NCBI GenBank assembly: GCA_030295235.1
Contig: AP026137.1
Location: forward strand, 558,001 to 622,000
Source of the DNA: Fistulifera solaris
Lineage: Eukaryota
Direction: 5' to 3'
DNA: 64,000 nt
Numbering within the stretch: the first letter of the stretch is position 1; each line of letters begins with the position of its first letter. Below the pieces are notes generated by a model. It saw only the letters and a program-made list of their open reading frames with translations. It did not search any database and was not told where the DNA came from. This document shows positions 22,111 through 34,144 of the stretch, piece by piece. Position numbers and translations under genes: made by a program.

Positions 22111-23566
22111 TCATCCGTTTTCACTTGACTTCGTCGTTTCCTCGTAATCTTTCCAAGCGTCGCGCAATTGTTCTAATACAACGAAGATCGAAGCACGGTC
22201 TTCGGGTACCGGCTTATGACACAATGCGACAATCTCCATGAGCTGATGTTCGATGTGAGTGAAATTGCGATCCATCAAAGGAGGTATCGCCGGAACTTCT
22301 CCCCGTAAAACGGCTTGTTTCGATTCTTCCGTGTTGGCCTTTTCGATCCAAGGTTCCACTCCGGTGACGATAGAAAACAAAATGTTCCCGAAACTCCACA
22401 TATCATCCGATTCCATGGATGTTCGATCGGGCGAGAACGATTCGATCGGACGGTATTCACCCACTTTGATATAGGTAAAATAAGGACAATAGTCATTTTG
22501 GTGGTCATTCCACTCGAGGACCCGAATGGTATTCACGTCATTCAAAAATGCTTCCCCTTTGTCATTCCAAAGCCATTGACTCATGCTCACATCATCGTGA
22601 CAAATGACGCCTTGATGATAGCCATGCAATTCAGCGAGTCCCTCGGCCATTTCCAGGGCCAGTTTCAACTTTTCGTGTGGTAACAGCTGATTGTCGGGCG
22701 TTTGCGGCAAAGGCGGTCGTTCATCCTGCAATCGCAACTTCCAGTTGGGCCTAGGGACGACCACATCGCCAAAACCAACCCCACTTGCGTCAATGTTGTA
22801 AAAGAGCAGAACCCATAGATATCCGCCAATCGCGGCGACGACGACAACTTTTCCAGCAGCATGGCTTCGCCGCGAATGTACCATGTCGAAACAATGTCAA
22901 AGCGAAAATTCTCCGTATTTCGCAACGTTTTCAGTACGAACTGTGTCTGTTGGTCGTATCGTTGAAACCGAAATACTTCTCGATACAGTCCATAGCCTAC
23001 ATAATCCACCGAATACTCTTGTTGGTTGGGTAAGCGATCGAGCGATAGTTCATGAAGAAGGTTGCAGACGGGATAGATGTCATATTTCCATTTGGGTGGA
23101 CGACATTCATCACGGTCAAAGTCCCGATCTTCATACGGATCGTAATACGGTGACACATTCTTGTCGATCTGCGACAAGAAGGCATCGCGTTGCAGATGTA
23201 GCAATATGGTATCATTTTGGTCAATTTTGCGTCGTCGTTTGCGCACGAAATGATCCAGAACACCAAAGTCGGGGCTTTTCGTGATCTCCTCCAAAGGCCG
23301 AAGAGAATGCGATGGAACAACGATGGAAGGCTTCCAGGGTGTATTTAGTTGTACGAGACGAGGATTTCGACTGACAATTGATGGTTCTTTGGCAAAAGAA
23401 CTTGATCTTCTGACAAGCCGAGCAATGATATGCGACTTTGGAGACCGATATATGCGAGGAAAATGATTACAGCCACAAGATTGAGTATTTTGTGAAAAGA
23501 AAAACTCTTTGCATTCCGAGCGTACTTCCTGCTTGTCAATTTCGAGGCTTTTGGTCTCCGTAGCAT
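22111..23566 (-). CDS. Atypical protein kinase with N-terminal membrane anchor (PKDCC / VLK-like), about 3 frameshifts
   Basis: Motifs VGYGLYREV, VLKTL, IYGFC, HDDV, LNDVN and DMWSFG spread over three or four frames. TM segment ILNLVAVIIFLAYIGL. Confidence 0.75.
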
Positions 23567-23780
23567 TGTTGCAATGCTAACGAATCGGTTTGAGAGACAG
23601 TTGACTAAGCTTGAAAGTCTTGTCGCCAGGAACGAGCAGCCCGGCCCTATCTCTCTTTGCGAAAATGCGATTTATCCTATTCACGCTACCAGCATCGATC
23701 TTTCGTATTTTAATTATATATTGCTCATTAGATTGTAACTTAGAAGACTTTGATTGCGAGAAAAGACACACCCGCCGATC

Positions 23781-23881
23781 GAGACGTGAAAACATCACGC
23801 TCCCACATTTTCTGGAGACGTGAAAACATCACACACCCACATTTTCTGGAAACGTGAAAAATAACTCGCCCACATTTTCTG
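23781..23881. repeat. 33-34-bp tandem repeat x3 in a divergent promoter
   Basis: gagacgtgaaaacatcacgctcccacattttctg at 23781 and 23815 (2 mismatches), with a diverged third copy at 23849. Confidence 0.92.
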
Positions 23882-24001
23882 CTGGGCGGGACGTTCGCAG
23901 CACGAGCACGGTGTTATCATCATCATTTCATTCTTCTCGATCCTTTCATCATTCGCATCTTTGTTGTTGCTTATTCTCTCACGACTTTTTTCACAACTAC
24001 T

Positions 24002-26313
24002 ATGAGTAATAGAAACGATGAGGATATTCGATCGGACGATGAACCGAAAGCAGAGGCAGCAAACAAAAAAATTAAACAGGAAACGCAGGCAGATGGACTT
24101 CCTCCACCAGTGCAACCTCGACTTGCGACCGAGCCAACTCCAGCATTTTCAGAAGATCCTTCTAATCTACGTTTGCCTCACCCTCCTTTGAACCCGTATT
24201 CTACGCACATAGCGTACAATCCGCTCGGTCCTTTCGTACCGTCTCAATTTCCATTCATCCCCTCACATGCGTATCACCCACCACACAATCTACCCTATCC
24301 TGTTCATCCACCGCCACCCCCGTTTCATCTCGCTCATCAGCCACAGTACCCGAATCCTCCTGCATCGATGCACTACTACGAAGCGCGTATGCGCGATCAT
24401 GCCGCTGCCTAGTAAGTTCCATTTCAAAACCCAAAGACTCAATGAGTTAGAATGATGCTTCTCATCGATTTCATCGCTTCGTTCTCTCTCTCAAGTGCAT
24501 CGGCTGCAGCGGGAGCCGCTTGGGCAGCAGCACAAATGGCGGCAGCGGCTGCCGATTTTGCGGCACAAGGGCAAATGCCGCTATTTCGGAATGGGGAATA
24601 TCCTCCCTATCATCCACCCTATCAACCTCCTCCTTTCATTCCAACCGAACACCACGGCCCTCAGCAATCGAATGAACAGTACGAATCGTCGTCAGATCCT
24701 CAGCACCGCCGAAAACGTCGACCTCGTCTAGATGATGTTCCCGGTCGCATCAGCACCAAGCAACACCGTGACCGGATACGACGCGGAGAAGACAGTAGCA
24801 GTAATAGCAGTTGCAGCACCTTTGTTCGAAAAGGCAAAAGAAAGATCGGTCCGATGAATCATTATTGGGGAAAACGGCTGTTGCGGCGCTGTACGAATGG
24901 TGCAGTCGGAGAAATCATCTTCCTTCCTTTGTGTTACAACAAATTACTCCGACGCATTTTGATTGTGTCGTGACTTTGGAAGATGACGTCGAGTGGGGGC
25001 GCGGACAAGGAGGAAACAAGGGTGCTGCCAAGAAAGAAGCAGCAAGACAAGCACTGCAAAGTCTCTGTCCGACGGTGGTCTTTGATGAAACCAGCGGGTT
25101 TGTGATTGCTCTGAGAAATGCTGTGGAAGATCTGGCGCCTCACCTGGCAAAACAACTCGCAATTGATGCCGCTGACGATAATATCAGCAGCACCACGGAC
25201 TTTTCAGAAGACGAAAACGATTTCTGGAAGTCCGGACAGGGTGCTACAATCTTATCGAATCTGTTGTTTACGACGATTCAGATAGATCCTCGTATCAAAG
25301 AATCTGCTCCTGTATTTACGTATCAGATCATGCCGGTGGTACAGCATCATCCGCTGAAACGCAAGACTACCACATCCGATGTCAGTCGCGGGCGTTTTAC
25401 GTGTATTGCTGAGCTGAAAGTCTGCCATGACGAGGGCAATGAAGATGTCTTGCAAGCCAAAGGAGTGGGAACGTCCAAACGCGAGGCACGTCATATGGCT
25501 TGTGCCGCCTTGCTGGTGAAGCTTTTCCCCGAATGCGGTGGCAATTTCGCTAAAGTCAAAGAAGCTGCCGAAGCAGCCCGTACGCGGTATAAGAGCATCC
25601 GCGTGAATTCTAAAGGACCTCCCTTTCCCGAAAGTATTGTTTCGGGGTTTCAACGTGTACTCGACCGCGATAACCTACCACAGACAGCAGCTGTTCAAGT
25701 AGCAACCCGAAGAAAACAGCTTGATATCCGTGTGGAAAAGGCGCTTCATAGCTATCACGACGAAAGCAATACCGAGGATGAAAAGTTTTTGTTACGACGG
25801 GCAGAGCCACAAGATCTGAATTTAATCAAAAAGCTGTTGCTGTCGAATAAAGATGTCAGCACGCGAAATCTTGTGAATCTTTGGTCAAGTTCCTCAATTG
25901 TCTTGCTTTTGTGCAAAGAGGCCTGCTTTCAAGATCCGCTAGGATGCGCGGTGTTGACACTTGGTTTTCACTTTCCCGAGGGCCAGCTCCTTCGCATACA
26001 ACATTTATCAAGCGTATCACGTGTCACCTCGGAACTAATTGTTGAACGACTCAAAGGTTTTGCAAAGTCAATGGATTGTACATTGGTTGAAGAGGAAAAG
26101 GACAAAGGAAAGCTCGCTTCATCAGTGGCATGCGACGACGCACAAAGTTTCGTTCAGAACCAGCTCCGACTCAGAATAAAGACAGCAGCACCTTCTGTCT
26201 CGCAAACGCTGCAGTCCGTGCAAGAAGAAGAAGAGTGCTCGGATGATTCCGAGAAGCGACCGGCGGCGAAAGTTGTCTCCACCAATCCCAGCAAGCGATC
26301 ACGAGTTGTCTAA
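24002..26313 (+). CDS. Double-stranded RNA-binding motif protein with Pro-rich N-terminus, 2 exons, 1 frameshift
   Basis: Two DSRM-like units (ALYEWC...GRGQGGNKGAAKKEAARQAL and GVGTSKREARHMAC). Intron at 24412-24495 and indel at ~24830. Confidence 0.75.
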
Positions 26314-26472
26314 TCGGTGTTGGATGCTGTTCTAATCGTCAGTATCGAAACGCGTATCCTATATTTTTAAAGGACATATATTGGTGATAACGGAAAGGGG
26401 TGTTTTATTTATGTTTACCCGTATATGTAGAAGAAGAAAGTATGCCCGATCAATGTATCAGCTCGGTGGGTT

Positions 26473-27099
26473 TCATCGGCGCAGTTTGCCATTTTTCTGT
26501 TGGGTAGCCGTACTGTTCATCATCATACCGGTCCCCAACAATGCTTGCGCCTCGGCAATGAGTCCACTCTCATCGTAGTCTTCGTTGGGAAACCTTTGAT
26601 TGAAATCAAAGTCCGCGGGCAACAAGGACCCACAATCCCAAGCCATGGCACTGATCGGAGGCTTGCCAATGAATGCACAGTCGGAGCATTTCTGACCATT
26701 CACTTCGACTTTGCAGCTTTGTGGGATATGGTTGAATGTAAAGACCCAATCGGGTTCGAGAAAGTAGCTTCCGTAGAAACAAGCCGTTGTCGAGGCATCA
26801 ATTTCGTGACAGATCGCCGTGTCTACGAAACCACCACGAAACGTGAGATCGACGGTAATATCCAAGCCGTCCGGTTTCGTGTACGAGCAGTTGGCGTCGA
26901 TACCAAATCGGAAGAAGGGGATCTTTTTGTAAAAGAGAGTCGGCTCGTTACTGCAAATGCAATTGTCACGAGTTCCAAAGTAGTAGTTAATGGCCGTGGT
27001 CACGTAAGGACAAATCACCTGGGCGTAATCCCAATACTGCAAGGGATAGGCCTTACAAAGAGACACGAACAAGGCCAACGACAAGAACAGTCTGTTCAT
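26473..27099 (-). CDS. Secreted Cys-containing protein of unknown function
   Basis: Clear signal peptide and a CKVEVNGQKCSDC-type motif. Confidence 0.75.
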   Translation of the reverse strand: MNRLFLSLALFVSLCKAYPLQYWDYAQVICPYVTTAINYYFGTRDNCICSNEPTLFYKKIPFFRFGIDANCSYTKPDGLDITVDLTFRGGFVDTAICHEIDASTTACFYGSYFLEPDWVFTFNHIPQSCKVEVNGQKCSDCAFIGKPPISAMAWDCGSLLPADFDFNQRFPNEDYDESGLIAEAQALLGTGMMMNSTATQQKNGKLRR

Positions 27100-27511
27100 T
27101 TTACTAGAAAGAGTGTTGCGATACGGAAGGAGACTTTTGATGTGTTGTTGTTGAAGGATCGGATGAGCAGAATGAATCTCTTGTTGGGGGAGAAAATTGT
27201 GTGTGTGTTTGTTTGTTCCGCGAGAGCGCCGCGCTCCTTGCGAATTTTTTAGTACTGAGCGTTTCTGTTGAAGAAGGGGAAATTTTTCGCATCCAACGGA
27301 TCTAATTCGTGACTCACTTTTCGTGTTTGTGACGACGGCAGGGAGAAATAATAAGGCGAAAAATAAACACGCGATGCGCTTCCGAACAAACTACAAGTAC
27401 CAGGTAACTTGCTTCCGAATAATCCATTCTTCGTTGTTGCAAATAATGATAACCCAAAGCCTTTATTAGCATCTGCACATGAATCAAGTGATATAATGCT
27501 ACTAAGCAAAA

Positions 27512-28788
27512 ATGTGGCTCAGGGCAAAAATAAAACGGAGTGTACGGGAAGGTGAAAATCAACTCTTCATTCGTCGACGGCATCGCGTTCTGCACAAAAA
27601 AGGATCGTTGCGAATTTTACTGGTTTCTGTTATTATGGCGATCCTGCTCATGGTCTTAAGAACTCAACCATTGCGACTATTCAACGCGTACCTCTCTATT
27701 CCGGCAAACGTCGAGCCGCTCATCGTCGAGTATCGCCAAGAGGATCTTCGCGGCGCTCTTCAACAATCCATTATGGGGCATCACAATGTTCTTTGTGCCG
27801 ACGTGGCGGAACGGCAAACGAATTCACGGGAAGCGTTGCCCACACCACCCCAGTTTCCGGTTCGAATGTCGTTTCGAATGCACTGTGAAGATCTTTTGTC
27901 AACAATATATATGGGACTGGGAATGTGTTGTTGATGTTGTATAACATACGCTTGATTGCGCGATTGTTGGGGAATGTATCCATTCAAATGGAATGTATCG
28001 ACGCTATGGAAACGAGAAGTCGTTTGATTGTTCCTTGGGTCTTGGGCTCGTTTGCGGCAAATACATGGCCGGGTCCGTCGGCGAGTCTCGAAGATGCGTG
28101 TGATAGTTTTCAACCCAAGACGGCGCATATCATTTCCGATGATATACAATACGAACTTCGCCGCATGGCTATCAGTTTAGTCGGAGCTCCTTCGAACAAT
28201 CACCCAGCCGCAAACTTTACTTTGGACGAATCCAGAGAACGCACTTTACAAATACCCATGGCCACTGCGCCTTTACTCTCCGACGTGGAATTGGACGATG
28301 TTGTCATTCATTTCCGCTGTGGCGATATTATCGAGCTGAAAGCTCATCACAAATATCATTACGTCCGATGGAGTGTAATGGCGAAATGGATATCACCTGC
28401 AGCGCGAACAATAGGGATTGTGACGCAGCCGAGTCAAGGACAAACACGAAAGATCGACAATAGCAACCGAGATCGATGTACGCAATTACTGGGACCCATG
28501 CAAAAGTATTTTCAAAAGAAATTTCCACAGGCCCAAGTCCGTATCCGCAATGCACCCAAAGAAACGATCGCTTTAGCGTTTAGTCGATTCATCATGGCCA
28601 ATCAGAGTTTAGCCGGAGGATTTTCGACGTTTTATCGCATGCCATTTTACGCCACATTCGGGACGGCCTACGATTATGACGAAATGGGCGACAATTACAT
28701 GGTCTCTTCCGAGTTAATGATGGATCGTTGGCAAAAGGAGAATGGCTTGCAACAAATTTTGAGTCTTTTTACAAGTGATGAAGATTGA
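27512..28788 (+). CDS. Type II membrane glycosyltransferase-like protein (IHFRCGD, fucosyltransferase-fold-like), 1 frameshift
   Basis: N-terminal TM segment, GLGNVL and DDVVIHFRCGD. The frames join at ~27905. Confidence 0.6.
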
Positions 28789-28805
28789 ACCAATGCGAAC
28801 CTCGA

Positions 28806-29915
28806 TCAATTGGATTGTCTCTCCATACAACAACCATAACGACCCGCCATTCTCCAAATTCGAAGGGTGCTCAATAAAGCAATGAGTGGAATCAGATACA
28901 AGAACAGACGCGGGTATCTCATGTCGGTCTCCAAGTATTCATTCTCTGGAAGTTCGACCTGCTTCGGTGAAAAATAATTGTCTCGGCAAAGCAAGTCGAC
29001 GCCCGTCGTCCTCCAAATTTGCTCTATTTGCTCGTCAAACAAGTGCCGGCCTATCTTGTACAGCTCCTGATCAATTGATGTTAAGTTGTTTTCGATGAAT
29101 TGCAAGGACTGTTCCGAAATCATATCGACCGAGTGATGGGGAACTCCGTGACTCTCTCGATGTTGCTGCTTTTGCGCAATAATTTTGCCGGTAGTGGGAT
29201 CACATTTTTGACAGAGAGGAGAAAGGGCACCATCGAGAGCAAGATACTCCAATAAGCAGAGCGATGCGGAATAATACTCGGTAATACCCACGACGTCCAT
29301 CTTTCGCAAATTTGTTTCGGCCAGATCCAAGGAAGGAAGCCGCCCACTGCGATCCTTCGCGAAATGTGGATCATTCTTTCCTGATGCTGTCATATACCTC
29401 GCTTGCATATTCCACGGTTCATAGCATCGATAACTTGGTTCCTTTCCGTACTTGTTCTGCAACTCCATGTCAATAAAGTTTTTGATCCATGCATCGAATC
29501 CGGCGGTCGCATTCTCGAGTTCATTGTAGCCTGGTAATGTTGTAGCGAAATTTCGAAAGTAGGGATCGTATTTGCATTCGAGAAACTGCGATAGTACGTG
29601 ACTGGTGGGTTGTCGTAGAAAGACGACCGAATAACGTTTCTCGGATAAAAAGAGAGACGGAGTCTCATAATAAGTCTTTTCATGATTTCCTTGCATCGTA
29701 CTTCCTGTACCAATGTGAAGGGGAGAATCTAGTAGGAAGGACTCGCCCGCCGTTTTCGGTATATGAATGTAATGAAACTCTTTGCTAATAAAGGTGTCGT
29801 TGGCGGCATTCTCGGACCACGAGGATGGGTCGACTTGCCCCGAAAAGACTTTCCCATCCGCTTGCGATAACGTGCGCGGACGCGCCTGTTGACGATCATT
29901 CGCAGAATCCCACAT
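28806..29915 (-). CDS. Sulfotransferase-family protein with C-terminal TM segment
   Basis: PAPS-loop-like HIPKTAGESF, LRQPTSHVLSQF and VVGITE. Confidence 0.8.
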   Translation of the reverse strand: MWDSANDRQQARPRTLSQADGKVFSGQVDPSSWSENAANDTFISKEFHYIHIPKTAGESFLLDSPLHIGTGSTMQGNHEKTYYETPSLFLSEKRYSVVFLRQPTSHVLSQFLECKYDPYFRNFATTLPGYNELENATAGFDAWIKNFIDMELQNKYGKEPSYRCYEPWNMQARYMTASGKNDPHFAKDRSGRLPSLDLAETNLRKMDVVGITEYYSASLCLLEYLALDGALSPLCQKCDPTTGKIIAQKQQHRESHGVPHHSVDMISEQSLQFIENNLTSIDQELYKIGRHLFDEQIEQIWRTTGVDLLCRDNYFSPKQVELPENEYLETDMRYPRLFLYLIPLIALLSTLRIWRMAGRYGCCMERQSN

Positions 29916-30022
29916 TGGTGGTTGATTGCTTTTTATGGTACCTGGTACATCTATTCAAATAACAAAAAAATACAAGGTAGACAATGGTTATATCGTCGCC
30001 AATGACAATGACCAATGACAGT

Positions 30023-30333
30023 TAGACATGTGACTTCTCCACTGCTGACGTCCACTTCACTGCCGTGAGGAAATTTCACTTCCACTTCACTTCACTTCAC
30101 TTCCAAGCCAGAAGGGTTCACTGCCAAGTACTACATGTACGTAAAGGTACGTAGGAAGTCAAAACCCTAGTGCACTTAGAGCAGTCCCTAGAGTAAGTGA
30201 CTGGCTAGAGTACAGTTTAGCTGATAGTATACTCAGTGCGACACGGGAGTGATTTCACTTCCACTTCACTGCCGAGAGCTTGCCTTGGAAATCACTTCAC
30301 TGCCACAGAATTTTAGAGGGAGTCACATGTCTA
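30023..30333. mobile_element. Non-autonomous hAT-like MITE, 311 bp, with 8-bp target-site duplication
   Basis: Perfect 13-bp TIR TAGACATGTGACT (30023-30035 and 30321-30333). Flanking direct repeat ATGACAGT at 30015-30022 and 30334-30341. Many subterminal CACTT(C) / CACTGCC motifs. Confidence 0.9.
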
Positions 30334-30424
30334 ATGACAGTACGTATGCTCGTCATGTATCATGTACAGTACGCCACAAGAGGTAGTCATTCAGAATTTC
30401 CGTCTGATACAAAATAACGAAAAC

Positions 30425-30900
30425 ATTTTTTACTATAGCCCAACGTGTACACTCACTTATCCACGACTGTACTTCAGTCATGAATCCACATTCTTTCAAG
30501 CGACAATGATACCAGCAACTTCGTTCGTGCACCGAGTTTTTGGGCTCTATTTGTTGTTGTTGCCATGCACTAGTCTTTAGCAAGTTATTTCCTTGGTCTT
30601 TAAAGGCGTTTGCATTACACGCTTTGATAATATACGTCACAAAGCCTAAACGTTGTCTGTCAAATTTTTACTATGGACCAAAGTGTGTCGTATTTCGCCA
30701 CAACTGCACTTCAGTCATGAATCAATATTCTGCCGGGCGAAAATGCTGCCTGCAATTTGTTCTTTCAACAGCTCCTTGTGTCTCTGTTGTTATGAAGTAG
30801 TCTTTCGCAGCGTTTGCATTACAAATCATTCTATTTTACGTCGAAGAGCCTTGCGAAACGATGTCTGCCGTATTTACTATGACCCAAAGTGTTGGTTTAA
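30425..30900 (+). repeat. Diverged tandem array (238- and 206-bp units plus a partial third) of a dispersed repeat family
   Basis: Units start ACTAT at 30432, 30670 and 30876. They share acttcagtcatgaatc, gcgtttgcattaca and aaacgWtgtctg. Confidence 0.8.
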
Positions 30901-31129
30901 GAGAAAAGTGTTTACTGATGCGATTTGCTTACGGATCGTCGTCAACGTCTTTACTACGTCCGTCTGTGCAACGGAAAACGGCGGAAACGCTGATTCTTTT
31001 GATGGCCAACGAAGAAAAAGAAAACGCCGACCATGAATCTTCTCGACTTTGTCACCGTCACCACTATAGCCAACTGAGCGAAAACGACCAGATTGCTCTC
31101 TCTCTATATCAATCGCGAGTGTAATTACC

Positions 31130-31975
31130 ATGATTGCCCCAACTATCCTTCGAAGATCATCGCGGACTCTTCTTTCGTCGACTTTTCTTGTCTCCAGTTG
31201 CCAAAAGTCACTGTATTCGTCGCGTCTCATGAGTACTTCCGCATCTACTATTCTCCAATCACTTCCCCATGCCGACACTTTTATTGGAAAGGATATTACC
31301 GGTGCTATTGATAACTTGATGAAAGCGGATTGTGTTTGCTTTGATGTCGATTCCACCGTCGTCGATGAAGAAGGCATTGATGTGTTGGCGGATCATTTGG
31401 GACTCGGAGAAGCGGTGGCGGCCTTGACCAAACAAGCCATGGAAGGAGGATTGCCCTTTCAAGATGCGTTGGCGCAGCGTCTGGAGTTACTTAAGCCTTC
31501 CAAGCAATCCATTGAAGAATGTCTCGAGGCGCATCCGTTGCGACTGACTCCGGGTGTGGCGGAATTCATTGGAGAATTGCATTTCCAAAACAAACACGTG
31601 TATTTGGTTTCCGGAGGATTTCGTATCATGATTGAACCGGTCGCTAATATTCTCAATATTTCCGTCCGTGACAACATTGTAGCGAATACAATTCTCTTTG
31701 ACCAGGACGGTCAATACGCTGGATTCGATCCAAACGAACCGACATCGAGAGATATGGGCAAACCCAAAGCATTGCAACGAATTCAAGAAGCTGGCGGATA
31801 CAAAACAATGATTATGATTGGCGATGGAGCGACGGATGCGCAGGCCAAGCCACCAGCGGCTTCCTTCATTGGATTTGGAGGAGTGGCCCGTCGTGAAAAG
31901 GTGGTGCAGTTGTCCGACTGGTTCGTCACCGACTTTAGTTTGCTGACCAAAGTGGTTCGAGAGGCCGCAAAGTAA
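31130..31975 (+). CDS. PSP: Phosphoserine phosphatase (HAD family) with organellar presequence
   Basis: Motifs CFDVDST, LVSGGF, GKPK and IGDGATD. Confidence 0.95.
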   Translation: MIAPTILRRSSRTLLSSTFLVSSCQKSLYSSRLMSTSASTILQSLPHADTFIGKDITGAIDNLMKADCVCFDVDSTVVDEEGIDVLADHLGLGEAVAALTKQAMEGGLPFQDALAQRLELLKPSKQSIEECLEAHPLRLTPGVAEFIGELHFQNKHVYLVSGGFRIMIEPVANILNISVRDNIVANTILFDQDGQYAGFDPNEPTSRDMGKPKALQRIQEAGGYKTMIMIGDGATDAQAKPPAASFIGFGGVARREKVVQLSDWFVTDFSLLTKVVREAAK

Positions 31976-32094
31976 TAAAGAAAAATGGATAAGATCAATT
32001 AGCTTGCTAGTTTTCTAGCAGGAGAAATTGAGTGTATCTAAAAATCATTTACGAAGTATTAATCTTATAAAATTGTAGCCGACTTTAAGACAGC

Positions 32095-33975
32095 TCACGT
32101 GTGAGCTTTCTCTATTGTTCGATTGCTTTTTGACTGAAAATAGACGTCCCGGATGGTGGGATCCGTGGCGGCAAGAGCAAGGCCGACATGCCGGTCATAT
32201 CGGGAAGTTTCGACACTTTGGGTCGAGGACTGCGAAAGCGGATGCCCGTCTCCGTGTCCACAAGACCCAGTGACAACGCTGATTCCACATAAAACTGACC
32301 CATGGGTGAAGCGCGAGCGCCTTTGATAGTTCTCACTCGCGTGTTCTGTGGCTTTTCACTGGAATAGAGTTGCTCAAAGCGTGCCTTGACGTTGGTGGGA
32401 AGACTTTGACAGACCGTGAAGTGGTCGAACTTCATGTTGGACACAGCGTGATAGATTCCTTTCATCGAAGGAGGGTAACACACGGCTCTCTTCAACCGTT
32501 GTTGCGCCGGTAACGCAGCGCAATGGATACAGCGAATGCCCACTTGACCGAGGATGATACGTTGACGGCGTCCTGGAGCTGGAGCATTGACATCGCTCGC
32601 GTCGGCTGCAAATACTTCGACTTGTTTGCGGATAAAGCAGTGGATTTCGTTCAAGTACTGTTCGTCGCGAGGAGAAGAGAGCAAAATCACACCAGTCGCT
32701 GGGGAAGTTTGTGGAGATTGAAGAGAAACACGGGTGTTGACTTGGGGCACATCAATCTTTTTGGGTGATAGATAAGGTAACTTGACTTGCGTGATCCTAC
32801 GTTTGTCTTCGTCGAAAATAAGGCGAGATTGGACAGTAGGAGAAAGTGCTTGAAGCATTCGAGGACGCTCATTCACAAAAAGAGGTTTCGGACTCATCTG
32901 ATACTGCAACAACATTTTGGATACAGTAGAATCGCACAGCGTAGGCGTGGTAAGGCTTCCAATCTTGGCTCGTTTTCTTGGAGGTTCTGCTCTGGGTAGA
33001 CTGTTCTGTAAAGCCAAGGTCAAAGCGGTAAGACTATTTTCTTGATCCTCTTGTTTCAGAGGTGACAAATGATTTTTCATATAGACACCTCCATCTCGAT
33101 CGATCATTCCCATCAGCAACGCCGCATCATGATAATACTGGGCAGTCGAGGTAAACGAAGACTTTCCCGCAGTCTTCTTTTTCTTCTTCTCATGTTTTTT
33201 GTAAGACTTTTGACCTTCTCTCAATTGATGGAGCTTGGCTCGCACGCTTTCAGGAAGACCCGCGCAGCGACTAAAGTGATCAAACTTCATATCACTGACG
33301 GCATGATAGACGCGTGCGACACTGGTCGGAAAGCAGACCGCCCGTTTCGCCCGTTGCGGTAAGTGGCGACAATGAATGCAGCGCAAGCCGACTTGGTGCA
33401 AGCGGATCGGGTTCTTTCGTCCCGGAGCTCGTTGGTCCATGTCGGCCTGTTCGACTGTGAAGACTTCGATCTGCTGTCGAATGTAGGTATGCAATGGCGG
33501 GAGAGCCGACTTGTCTTCAAGCGGTTGTGCTAATAACCGGAAAGGTCGTTCGTCTCCTCCTTCGGAAACGGTGCGCTTGCGAGGATTTGTCGCGGAATCG
33601 TTCACCGAGCAAGCAGGTACAGAAGGCTTCTGAAGAAAGTCTGCACACAAAGACTCGTCCGAAGATACGGTGGAGACTTCCGATTGATCCGAAACAGCCG
33701 GAGGGGAGTTTTTTCGACATTACGGTTCTCAAAGAGGACTTGGCAGTTTTCCAAACGGATCACTCGAGGCGTGAGCTGAGGATTCGAGTTCATCATGGTG
33801 ACTTCTTGTATTCGTCTGAAATGGCTTCAGCGAATGTTTTCGCACTTCGTTTTATGAGGAGTGTCGGTGAGTATGATGAATCATGCTTCGAATGTCTGTG
33901 AGATTCGTTCTCGGTGAGCCGCATCGTTCCGAGAGGTGAGTCAAGTGAATCTTTCGATCGGTAGATTTGATCCAT
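32095..33975 (-). CDS. Diatom-type protein with two QVG(L/I)RCxHC domains, several frameshifts
   Basis: Duplicated domain (H.YIRQQIEVF...QVGLRCIHC...RAVCFP...HFSRC). Upstream and terminal pieces lie in shifted frames, so both ends are approximate. Confidence 0.7.
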
Positions 33976-34086
33976 CACTCGGAGGCGGCATGGAGGTGAG
34001 AGAGATGAATCTTTTTGAATCTTTGTGCTCGAACAACTGAATCTTTTGTTTTGCGGAACGTTCGATCGAATAACGGATCTTACGCC

Positions 34087-34144
34087 AGTATAGACCAAAG
34101 TGTATACTACTTTTTTTCCGTGACTACATTTCAGTCATGAGTCA
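34087..34144 (+). repeat. Solo core copy of the dispersed repeat family
   Basis: agtatagaccaaagtgt...gactacatttcagtcatgagtc aligns with 30670-30723. Confidence 0.65.

Noticed and set aside
23781..23881. CRISPR-like array (34-bp repeats)
   Set aside because: No unique spacers, only three abutting units, no cas genes and a eukaryotic context.
26500..27252. 250-aa plus-strand ORF
   Set aside because: Antisense shadow of the signal-peptide gene on the minus strand.
30353..31124. Short ORFs over the repeat array as a transposase remnant
   Set aside because: No transposase, RT, Rep or helicase motifs.
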